A DNA stretch of 64,000 bases from an uncultured delta proteobacterium (GTDB lineage Bacteria; Desulfobacterota; Binatia; Binatales; Binataceae), in the NCBI GenBank assembly GCA_963842085.1, contig CAWJET010000002.1:1024001-1088000 (forward strand), in the 5' to 3' direction. Of this stretch, positions 20,711 to 29,008 are shown in pieces; within the stretch, counting starts at the first letter, position 1, and the number at the start of each line of letters is the position of its first letter. Below the pieces are notes generated by a model. It was not told where the DNA came from. It saw nothing but the letters and a program-made list of their open reading frames with translations, and did no database searches. The position numbers and the translations under genes were made by a program.

Positions 20711-21121
20711 TCAGTTGATCGGGTGAAACTGGATGGAGGTTAGAATAAAGCGGAGGGCCGAGTAACAGACTTTCGAGCCGCAGAGCACTTTATTGCCGCT
20801 GATCCAGTATCGGCTGGCGCCGCATTTGGGGCATGGAGGGAATTGGTGATCCTGTACCGCGAGCCTTGCTACGTCGGCCGCGGGTCGGAAAGTCGCCTCG
20901 ACGATTTTTCCATCAGCGCGCCAGCCGGCGCGGTCACTGTCGGACCGTTCGTCGGCCGGGCTGGCGAGCAGACTTAGCAAAGCGGATTTGTGGGTGCGGA
21001 CTTTCTCGACCAGCGCGACCGTCAACCGGTCTTTGGGGGCAACGTAGATATTACCGTTGGGGCGCCGCTCGATCCGGATGCCCAGCGCGTTTAGTTCATC
21101 GAGCACAGTTTGCGCGGTCAT
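20711..21121 (-). CDS. TubC-N-like docking-domain protein with C-terminal Cys cluster
   Basis: LDEL..LGIRI.....L...L.E.VR.HKSALLSLL; CPKC...C...C; coupled to the primase gene. Confidence 0.6.
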   Translation of the reverse strand: MTAQTVLDELNALGIRIERRPNGNIYVAPKDRLTVALVEKVRTHKSALLSLLASPADERSDSDRAGWRADGKIVEATFRPAADVARLAVQDHQFPPCPKCGASRYWISGNKVLCGSKVCYSALRFILTSIQFHPIN

Positions 21122-23622
21122 ACTTCAACTCCTTCGGCAGTTTCCGGTCGCGCTGCCGCGCCGTCGACTTTGACGATGCGCCACGTGCCGGTCTTATGGG
21201 ATTCGAAATCGCCCCGCATCAGGCGCAAGTTGCCGACGATTCGATCGGCGTGGTTTCTGCACCATCCGGCGAGCCGGCGGTTGTCGATTTTCTGCGGGTT
21301 GTTCCGCGCCGCCGCTACATCGAGCAGCGACTGTCGCAAGTTTGATTCGGCAGTTCCTTCCGTTGCCGACTCCGCGCAACCGACCACCTCGCGCAACAAC
21401 AGCATCCGATCAGCAAATAGATCGGCCCAAGCGCGCAAGACGGCTGTCGTCGATTGGCGGTCAGGGTCGAGAAGGGAAATTCTCTCCCGGGTCGCAACAG
21501 GATCAGCGCCGCTCGCCCACACAAGCGCGCTACGAACCCAATCAGACCATTCCTCGAAGCGGCCGTAGGGGCGGAGCCCCTGATCGGGCATCCCGGCGCG
21601 GGAATATGCTTTCAGGATCGTGAGCGCGGCCTGTACGAGGCGGGGCCGTTCTCGCCGAACGTGGGCGCGCAGATCGGCAATGACGAAGTTTCGCTCTTCG
21701 GGCTTTTCGCATCGCGGATCGATCCTGCAAACGATCGCACGGCTGGCCAGGTCGCCGGCAAATACGAGATTGTTGGCCGTGCACAACCACAAAAGATTTG
21801 TCGGAAGTTGTGGGCGTTCGTTTTTTCCCAGTAGGCGATCAGCGAACACAGGTTGCGTCACGATCATTGCGAGCGCGTCACTTCGCATCGCGCGGGTGAT
21901 GTTGTCGATGTTCGCAACCAGGTCGCCCGCCAATAAGATCGAAGTAAGGCGTTTTCGAAGCTCCTCGCTATTGCCCCCAAGCGGCATCGACGCGACAACA
22001 CGGCCCGTTAATATGATCGCGATACAGTCGGCGAGTAGGCTTTTACCGCTTCCCGGCGTGGGTGCGTCCAATCCGATGATCGGTGCGGCCGCCAGCTGCC
22101 GACGCACTAAGCCAGTGAGTATGCCGGACACAATCACGCTGCGATCCGCTGCGCTGACAAATGGAAATTCGGCGATCGGTGCGGTCAGTAGCGCGAGCGC
22201 GCTCTCTGCATCGGCGTGAGTAGCTTGTTCAGGGACGGGAAGCCAGTTCTCGCGCGAATATAGAAACAACCCGCTGGCAAGATCATAGCCCGGCGATTCG
22301 ATCATCCTACCGTCCGGCATGATCGTGGGCGCCTCGATCACTCCGGTAAGAACTGGCAACTTCCAATGTCCCGCCCGGGCAAGATAGCTTGCGGCAACTT
22401 TTGGCGGGCAATCTTCGGAAACAAAATCTCCCCTGCGGTTGCGCCTGTGCCAATTGATCGCGCGCGAGAAGGTGTCTTCAAGCGCGATCGAATCCATTGG
22501 CTTCAGCATTACGGCGCCATTCGGTCGCCGGATTGATTTGCGATCATCCGACGGATCGATTTCGACGACACGCACGACGATCCCGCTCCGTTGGAACAGT
22601 CCCCATCGCCGATGATCGAGAATTATTTTTTCGGCGAGATCGATCATCCAAGGGCGGCGGCCAGCCACAATTTCGATCCTCGGCCGGCCGTCGTTTTTGT
22701 AGGTTTTGTAAGCACGGATGACGATCTTTTTCGCTGCATCGCTTGGAAAGCTCGGAACGCACTTCCCGGCGGCTTCCAGGCACGCTTGAATCGCAACCTT
22801 CCGAGCGGTGTTCGTGGCTCGGAATGAGCAAGCCGCGCGAAAAATCTGATCGTTGCGCGCGCCCTCGGGGACGCCGCTTAAGGCGCGGAGAAGATCGAAC
22901 CCTGTTGGCTTGTCGTTCCCCTCGCCGCCGGTCGTGTGCGGTCGGTCTTCGTTGGTCTTGTCGCGCAGCCGTTCGACCAGCGGCGCCGGGAGCTCTGCAA
23001 TCGGCGTCTCGGTGATCTGGTGGCCGACTTCCCAGACATATTCTCCGCCGGTGAAATGTCGGCTGGGAGGCGCGATCACGTACCCGCCAGCCGATTTCAC
23101 GTCGACGCCGGGGCCGAGCGCGTTGCTGCGCGACGGCACGCGGACACCGGCTGGCAGACGATAATAAACATGAGGGCCGCCGGAGCCGCTGAGTGCCTGC
23201 GCGGTATCATCATTGATGTTCAGTTCTGTCTTGAGCTCCGCCCACGTTGAATCACCGGCGGCGCGCAGGTCAACGTCAATCACCACCACCCCCGACGGCT
23301 CACAGGCGATCGCGATATTCCATTCAGGATGGGACTTCCACCAGCGTGTTATTGAAGCCCGATCGATGGTTGCATCCTTCAGGCCGTGTAGGGTGGCGGG
23401 GTGCTTACCGGGATGCTCGCAGGCCGAATCGCTGCATGTGCAGATGGGCGCACGTTTACCATCTCGCTCGACGTAGAGGATTCCGTGACCGGGGAAAACA
23501 TAGAAGCCGTGCGCCGCGTACCATAGAGCGCAAGTTAGGTGCCTATCGTGCTTTCCCCGCTCCTTCTCCGAGCTACGCCGCTCGCCACGAGGGGGGTGCG
23601 CGGCGGACTCAGTTCCGTTCAT
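21118..23622 (-). CDS. Bifunctional DNA primase/polymerase (Prim-Pol + PriCT) fused to a P-loop helicase-like domain
   Basis: GKHP..HGLKDAT, WNIAI, VIDVD, GPHVYY, GGYVIAPPS.H; G.RN; Walker A APTPGSGKS and IDN. Confidence 0.88.
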   Translation of the reverse strand: MNGTESAAHPPRGERRSSEKERGKHDRHLTCALWYAAHGFYVFPGHGILYVERDGKRAPICTCSDSACEHPGKHPATLHGLKDATIDRASITRWWKSHPEWNIAIACEPSGVVVIDVDLRAAGDSTWAELKTELNINDDTAQALSGSGGPHVYYRLPAGVRVPSRSNALGPGVDVKSAGGYVIAPPSRHFTGGEYVWEVGHQITETPIAELPAPLVERLRDKTNEDRPHTTGGEGNDKPTGFDLLRALSGVPEGARNDQIFRAACSFRATNTARKVAIQACLEAAGKCVPSFPSDAAKKIVIRAYKTYKNDGRPRIEIVAGRRPWMIDLAEKIILDHRRWGLFQRSGIVVRVVEIDPSDDRKSIRRPNGAVMLKPMDSIALEDTFSRAINWHRRNRRGDFVSEDCPPKVAASYLARAGHWKLPVLTGVIEAPTIMPDGRMIESPGYDLASGLFLYSRENWLPVPEQATHADAESALALLTAPIAEFPFVSAADRSVIVSGILTGLVRRQLAAAPIIGLDAPTPGSGKSLLADCIAIILTGRVVASMPLGGNSEELRKRLTSILLAGDLVANIDNITRAMRSDALAMIVTQPVFADRLLGKNERPQLPTNLLWLCTANNLVFAGDLASRAIVCRIDPRCEKPEERNFVIADLRAHVRRERPRLVQAALTILKAYSRAGMPDQGLRPYGRFEEWSDWVRSALVWASGADPVATRERISLLDPDRQSTTAVLRAWADLFADRMLLLREVVGCAESATEGTAESNLRQSLLDVAAARNNPQKIDNRRLAGWCRNHADRIVGNLRLMRGDFESHKTGTWRIVKVDGAAARPETAEGVEV

Positions 23623-23819
23623 CGCTCGCCGCCGCCCGCCAGATATTTTTCAAGCTCCGACGCCGAAATGAGAACGCGCCGGCCAGCGCGGATGATCGGA
23701 AGATGCCCGCGGTTGATCTCGAGTCTGACGAAGCCTTCAGAAACGCCGAGCGAATCCGCGATCTCGGCGACGCCGAACGCGCGCCGCGGCAGTCCCCCAT
23801 TCAAGTTTTTCTTCACCAT
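23619..23819 (-). CDS. Excisionase / AlpA-like winged-HTH protein
   Basis: AFGVAEIADSLGVSE....EINRGHL..IRAGRRVLI...LEKYL. Confidence 0.85.
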   Translation of the reverse strand: MVKKNLNGGLPRRAFGVAEIADSLGVSEGFVRLEINRGHLPIIRAGRRVLISASELEKYLAGGGER

Positions 23820-23872
23820 ATGTGACTAGTTTACTCGCAGTTGTGTCTGGTGCAACGTCGTGATAGGAATAA

Positions 23873-24760
23873 GTGTTGAAACGAAATGCAGCGATGTTTG
23901 AGGAGAAAGCGTTGCGCAAAAAACGACAGTCTAAAGCAAGAGCGTCCGGCCGCGGCCGTCCCGTTGAAGGCTTGATCACGTCCCTAGACCAGGGGACGCG
24001 CGAGGCCGACGCCGCTTATCGCCGTGTCGGGGGCACGCCGGCGGCACGCCTCACATGGCTCCTGGCTTTCGGGCCGTTGCGTAAGCGCAGCCATGCGAAG
24101 GAGAGCGAGCGGCGGCGGCGGGCGACCTCGCTTGAGCTCTATGCGTTCTGCATCGGTCAGCGCGGCAGCATGAGGCGCAGCCGCGCCACGACTCTAGCCG
24201 GCGGAGAATTCGAGGAACTCGCCTCGAAGATTACCCAGGCGCTGAGGGACTTGGCCGCTGGCCGCCCTTGGGAGCTCAAAGCGGCGGACACTCCCGACTT
24301 GACGCGCCGGCTGTTGCTTCGCGGCGACATTTCCCGCATCGGCTTAACGCTCCCGGTGTTGCTTCGCGCCGGGATTTCCCGCGAGGATGCGACCGGGCTA
24401 AGTCGGGGCGCAACTTCGATCTACGACGGCCCCCTGCCGCAAATGTTCCTATGGTCGGTTGCTGATTTCATCGCGGTTGACGGTTCCCTGCTGGCAACTT
24501 GCGCGTACAAGAAATGCGGCAAGCTCATGGTGCACATAGGTGATCGGCGCCCGCGCGAATACTGCTCAAAGCGGTGTTCGCTGCTTGAACGCACACGACG
24601 CTACCGATCGACACATTCAAAAGAACAGCTATCCGCAGTTCGTCATGAACTATATCGCCGTGCAGTTGAGAGAGAGCATGGCCGCACCGTCGCCAAGCGC
24701 GTGAGGCGCCGCTTGCACGAACAAAATAGCAGTCCGGTCATTTTTGAATTGGAGGAATGA
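23873..24760 (+). CDS. CGNR-type zinc-finger protein, putative regulator
   Basis: CAYKKC...REYCSKRC...RTRRYR; divergent from the excisionase and ATGA-coupled to the integrase. Confidence 0.6.
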   Translation: MLKRNAAMFEEKALRKKRQSKARASGRGRPVEGLITSLDQGTREADAAYRRVGGTPAARLTWLLAFGPLRKRSHAKESERRRRATSLELYAFCIGQRGSMRRSRATTLAGGEFEELASKITQALRDLAAGRPWELKAADTPDLTRRLLLRGDISRIGLTLPVLLRAGISREDATGLSRGATSIYDGPLPQMFLWSVADFIAVDGSLLATCAYKKCGKLMVHIGDRRPREYCSKRCSLLERTRRYRSTHSKEQLSAVRHELYRRAVEREHGRTVAKRVRRRLHEQNSSPVIFELEE

Positions 24761-25812
24761 TCATGAGCCGAGTTTTTCAACGTAGCGGGTCTGGGTCGTG
24801 GTGGATTGATTTCTCCGACGCGCAGGGAATCCGCCATCGGCGCAAGATCGGGCCTTCAAAGCGTGTCGCCAAGGAAGTGCTCGACGGTATTTTGGGAAGC
24901 GTCGCCCGCTGTCAGCACCTCGGGATCGTCGCGGAATCAGCCGTCTCGTTTAATGACTTCGCCGAACTCTGGAAACAACGCGTCACCCCGACACTCCGCC
25001 CTCACACACAAACACGATGGTTCGGCATCATTGAAAATCACCTAAAGCCGCTCTTCGTGGGCGCCCTGCGCTCGATTACCAGTAGCGCAGTGGAAGGCTA
25101 CGCGGCTCGCCGTCTGGAAGCCGGGGCCAACCCGCAAACTGTGAATCGCGAGCTCAGCGTGCTGCGACACATGATCAAACGAGCGGTTCGATGGGAGTAC
25201 TTGACCCGTGATCCGGTCGGTACGTGGCCGTTTTCGAAAGAGACTAGCTTCGGCCGCGCGCGCTTCCTCACGGAAGAGGAAATCCCGCGCCTACTCGCCG
25301 CTTGCGAAGATTCGCGCTCGCCCTACCTCAAGGCGTTTGTAATCGTCGCGCTCAATAGCGGGATGCGCAGGGGCGAAATTTTGAGCCTCACCCGAAAATC
25401 GATCGACTGGCAAAATTCGAGCGCAACGCTCGAATTGACCAAAAACGGCGACACCCGGCACGTCCCGTTGAATAGCGCCGCCGTCGACGCGCTACGCTCG
25501 CTGCCAGCCCGCCTCGATGGCGGCCGCCTGTTCCCATTCAAGGATGACCATAGTGTGAGTCGTGCCTTCCGCCGTGCCGTAGAACGCGCAAACATCGAGG
25601 ACTTCCGCCTTCACGATCTCCGGCATACCTTCGCGAGCTACCATGCGATGGCCGGCGTTCAGGGCCGTGGCTTGCAATCGCTGCTCGGACACCGCGACGC
25701 CCGCATGACGATGCGCTACTCGCACCTGTCCGACGGCTACCTGCGCGCGGCCGTCGATAGCGTCGTGCTCGGAGCCGCCGCACCCGCCGAGCGGCCCGCC
25801 AAAGCGAAGTAA
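24757..25812 (+). CDS. int: Tyrosine recombinase (integrase)
   Basis: SGMRRGE (R), TKNG (K), HDLRH (HxxR), LLGH, MRYSH (Y). Confidence 0.95.
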   Translation: MIMSRVFQRSGSGSWWIDFSDAQGIRHRRKIGPSKRVAKEVLDGILGSVARCQHLGIVAESAVSFNDFAELWKQRVTPTLRPHTQTRWFGIIENHLKPLFVGALRSITSSAVEGYAARRLEAGANPQTVNRELSVLRHMIKRAVRWEYLTRDPVGTWPFSKETSFGRARFLTEEEIPRLLAACEDSRSPYLKAFVIVALNSGMRRGEILSLTRKSIDWQNSSATLELTKNGDTRHVPLNSAAVDALRSLPARLDGGRLFPFKDDHSVSRAFRRAVERANIEDFRLHDLRHTFASYHAMAGVQGRGLQSLLGHRDARMTMRYSHLSDGYLRAAVDSVVLGAAAPAERPAKAK

Positions 25813-25848
25813 CACCGCGCCGCCAGCTCGGTCGCCCAAGACCATAAA

Positions 25849-25980
25849 AGACGGATCAGACGGATCAGACGGATCAGTTTCCCGCTCTAAACATTTTCAG
25901 TTTTCTGGGATCACTACACACACCTTCTACTCACCTCGAATTTTTACAAACATGATCCTTCCCGTGATCCGTGTGATCCC
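25849..25980. repeat. Iteron-like array (AGACGGATC)x3, AT-rich spacer, opposed TGATCC repeats; candidate replication origin
   Basis: Repeats read directly at 25849-25877 and 25953-25980. Confidence 0.7.
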
Positions 25981-26015
25981 CCGCCCATGGGTGTTCAGTT
26001 CTTATTACATTTTGT

Positions 26016-26047
26016 TGGTGCCAAACTGGTGCCAACTTTGGTGCCAA
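26016..26047 (+). promoter_or_regulatory. Putative integrase arm-type sites (TGGTGCCAA x3)
   Basis: Direct repeats at 26016, 26027 and 26039. Confidence 0.6.
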
Positions 26048-26179
26048 AATAGCGCCACAATAGGGTCGCACTCAGTGATACTCGATAGCATTAGACGCGT
26101 GAGAAAACCCTTGCGGCCGTGTGGGATTCTGGCGATTAACCGCGGCATTGCTGAGTGATCCAAACCCCTACTTTTCGTT

Positions 26180-26229
26180 CTTACAAGCCGGGGGTCGCAG
26201 GTTCGAAACCTGCACCGCCCACCAATAAA
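26180..26229 (+). repeat. Right att core (duplicated tRNA-Val 3' half)
   Basis: Identical to 17679-17728. Confidence 0.95.
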
Positions 26230-26349
26230 TTCAACCAGTTAGGCAGCAGGTCTGATCGCCGCGATTCAGACAGCCGTCGACGGGTTCATTTCATTGCCGC
26301 CAACCTCGCACGCTGAATTTGCGGAACGTTCCGGCAAGTTGGCTGCCAT

Positions 26350-26558
26350 TCCCCTGCCCGCGCGCGAATCGGCGATCGTCGGATAATCTTGCGGCCGGGC
26401 TCCGCAATTCGGAAGTCGCCAGGCAACTTTCAATCGCCGAGGGAACTGTGAAAGCCAGCTCAATCGAGTCTTTTCGCAAGCTTGGTGTGCGCGATCGAGT
26501 GGAACCGGTGAACTACGCGTTTCGCAACGGATTGGACAAGGTGAATCCGCCACATTGA
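26350..26558 (+). pseudogene. Degenerate LuxR/NarL HTH remnant
   Basis: LAAGLRNSEVARQLSIAEGTVK....FRKLGVRDR; no N-terminal domain. Confidence 0.65.
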
Positions 26559-26629
26559 ACGCGCACTGCATCTTGCTCTGTCGTGCTGATCTGGTCGGAT
26601 AATTCGGCGCGTTTCCCGGAATATAATAG

Positions 26630-27061
26630 TCAGACTGTACGTATCCTGAGGACGGGGCATGGTGCGTGCCGCAGGAGTTTTTCAGCAGTGCCACCGATCA
26701 AAAGATCAACCAAGTGAGTTTGTCCGCGCATAGACATCACTATGAGGTCAACCTTGAGCTTGTTCACCAGCTCCCCGATTACTTCGTGAACGACGCCAAA
26801 GTGGAGTTCGGAGCGTGATTTTGGGTAGAGCTGGGTTGCTTCCTTTTCGAAAACCTCAAGCTCGACCAGTGCCGTCTCACCGTAACGCTCGAGCAATTTT
26901 GTGGGCTCATACCAACGCGCGACTCCGTAAGGTAACGGCTCAACTACGTGAACGAGCACCACTTCGGATTCGTGCTCGCGCGCTAATTCTATCGCGTATT
27001 TTAATGCCGTGAGCGAATGTTCGGAAAAGTCCGTAGGCACCAAAATCCGTTCTATTTTCAT
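26630..27061 (-). CDS. Universal stress protein
   Basis: ILVPTDFSEHS, DLIVM, GGTAEKLLRHAPCPVL. Confidence 0.92.
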   Translation of the reverse strand: MKIERILVPTDFSEHSLTALKYAIELAREHESEVVLVHVVEPLPYGVARWYEPTKLLERYGETALVELEVFEKEATQLYPKSRSELHFGVVHEVIGELVNKLKVDLIVMSMRGQTHLVDLLIGGTAEKLLRHAPCPVLRIRTV

Positions 27062-27092
27062 TATTCTTCCTCCGACGAAGAAAAATGAAGAT

Positions 27093-28121
27093 CTAATGGA
27101 ACAAAGCCATCACGTGCAAAACCGCGAAACAGAGAATCAGCAACAGGGCCCCGGTGACAACGCCAATATTCGCCCACTCGCGGCTCGTGATTCCGAGTCG
27201 GCTCGCGGCGACGATATTGGGAATGTTGCCGGTGACAAGCGCCCCTCCGCTGATTAGCAAAGCGAGAAACGCTGCGCGCTGCTGATTCATACTCAAGGAG
27301 GGTGATATCTCTACAGCCGCCAGAGTCGAATTGTTGACAACCGCGGAAATGGTGTTCATCCAAAACAGCAATCCATCTGGAATGCGATGGATGTACGCAT
27401 TGACCACGGGCCTGAGCCCATCCGAAAGTGCCACAAGTCCGGCAATAAAGACGTACACCTTGCCGGGACGAGTCAACAGGACAACCCTCCACGAATCCTT
27501 CTCTTGAGCTGTATCCAGCGGCTCACCGGAAGCGAACGGCAAAAACAAGATAGGAACCGCGGTGAGAATGACGCCGACAAAAACGAACGGCCCGAGAAGA
27601 TGGGTAAGGTACCAGAAGTCGGCGCCTAGAGACCGGAGAACGACGGCAATCCCAGGCATGCCCAAAGGCGTGAGGCCCGCACCAATGCCGATTGCGAAGC
27701 ACGCGAACACCGTCGCTGCGATTTCGTCCGATCGGCCGCAGCGCAGCAGCGCGATTGCTTCCACGAACACCAGCGCAGATACGACCGGAGTTATGAACGG
27801 TGCAAGCGCGCCGAGTATGATGGCCAAGCCGAAACAGAGAATGCGGGGGGCGACCAGTCCGATTGCGCGACGAATCAGTTGATCGAGATAGTCTCTCAGG
27901 AAGCGAAATGTGGCGCCAAAAACCAGAACGGCAAGCGTGAATGACAGGGGTTCACTCAAGGTTGCCCGGACGAGCGCCGCGTCGAATTGTCCCATGGTAC
28001 AGGCGGTCAGCACTCCGATCAGTAGGAAAAACACCTCGGTGTTCCGTTCAATCGGCTGTACAAGGATTGGGCCTAGAAGGACTGCCAGGATCGTCAGCGA
28101 TGTCAGGATCACCGTCATCAT
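27093..28121 (-). CDS. DUF1646-like membrane transporter
   Basis: Multi-TM; IGAGLTPLG.P, SAVVNNSTLAAVEI, LLISGG..GNIPNIVAA; start set at ATG 28121 with a GGAG RBS. Confidence 0.7.
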   Translation of the reverse strand: MMTVILTSLTILAVLLGPILVQPIERNTEVFFLLIGVLTACTMGQFDAALVRATLSEPLSFTLAVLVFGATFRFLRDYLDQLIRRAIGLVAPRILCFGLAIILGALAPFITPVVSALVFVEAIALLRCGRSDEIAATVFACFAIGIGAGLTPLGMPGIAVVLRSLGADFWYLTHLLGPFVFVGVILTAVPILFLPFASGEPLDTAQEKDSWRVVLLTRPGKVYVFIAGLVALSDGLRPVVNAYIHRIPDGLLFWMNTISAVVNNSTLAAVEISPSLSMNQQRAAFLALLISGGALVTGNIPNIVAASRLGITSREWANIGVVTGALLLILCFAVLHVMALFH

Positions 28122-28184
28122 CTCTCCGCAACTAATGCAGCAACGCGGCGTTCGTGCAACCAGTGTTTGGTTTGCGCGCACGAA

Positions 28185-28616
28185 TCAGGTGGAGGGCCGA
28201 CGGAGAAGCGGGCGGGCGCGATATGCCACGTAGAGCGCAATCATCAGCACGACCGGACTCTCGCCCATCGCGACCTTCACGTGAAGGCGCTGCGCCTCGA
28301 CGCCCAGGTTCGAGGTGATGAAGATCACGTGGCCGGCGACGACTTGCGCCATGTAGAGCAGCGCGAGGATGGTTCCCCAGCGCCGGCGCATCGAGATTCC
28401 GATACCGAAGGCGGCGATCACGGCCGCTTGCAGAGCCATCGTGACGCGCGCTTGGTCGCCGTGGAACTTCACGCCGAAAATTACGTCTTCGATTGGCGCT
28501 CCAGCGGACAGGTTGAAGCTTGCGCGCGTTATCAAGACTGCCGACCAGAGGATGCAAAGGCCGGCGAAGATTCGAAAATCGCGCGGCCAGCGATCAGTCG
28601 ATCCGGACTGTGCCAT
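28185..28616 (-). CDS. Hypothetical membrane protein
   Basis: About 4 hydrophobic segments; TGATG coupling to the upstream gene. Confidence 0.65.
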   Translation of the reverse strand: MAQSGSTDRWPRDFRIFAGLCILWSAVLITRASFNLSAGAPIEDVIFGVKFHGDQARVTMALQAAVIAAFGIGISMRRRWGTILALLYMAQVVAGHVIFITSNLGVEAQRLHVKVAMGESPVVLMIALYVAYRARPLLRRPST

Positions 28617-28972
28617 CAGCGGGTCAGCCATTTCGGGTTGTTGATCGCCAGAGCGTCGCTGAGAGATTGGCGTACGTGCGCACGCAAAGCAGGATCGTCA
28701 ATCGCAATCGCTCCAGCGCGGATTCGCTCCGCCAGCTCAACACTCAGAGCCTCGACGTCGCCGTCATGACCGAGCATGGCGATCAGCCTCGCGCGCTCGG
28801 CCTGTGCCTGGGCGCCGCGCAGCTCCAGCTCGCGGCGCACGGTGTTGAGCACGTTGACGGTGACGCGCGTCTGGAAGCGATGATAGCCGTCGAGCGTCGG
28901 CATCAGCTCGGTTTCCAGGTATTTGACCGCGGCCTCGAGCAGAACGGCGGCCTTCGGGATACTCTGTGGCAT
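28616..28972 (-). CDS. DUF6285-like protein (typical partner of APH-family phosphotransferase)
   Basis: LLEAA..YL...FQTRVTVNVL..VRREL, LAINNPKW; operon context. Confidence 0.7.
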   Translation of the reverse strand: MPQSIPKAAVLLEAAVKYLETELMPTLDGYHRFQTRVTVNVLNTVRRELELRGAQAQAERARLIAMLGHDGDVEALSVELAERIRAGAIAIDDPALRAHVRQSLSDALAINNPKWLTR

Positions 28973-29008
28973 AGTCAGTCCTATAGTCAGTTCACGAATC
29001 TCGATTAG

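Larger units (their letters stand above)
17679..26229. mobile_element. Integrated phage-satellite / PICI-like element at tRNA-Val (excised circle 8501 bp)
   Basis: 50-bp direct repeats at both ends; integrase, excisionase, Prim-Pol/helicase, TerS-like gene; no capsid, portal or tail genes. Confidence 0.9.

Noticed and set aside
26180-26224. Second tRNA-Val gene
   Set aside because: Only the 3' half is present; it is the att duplication
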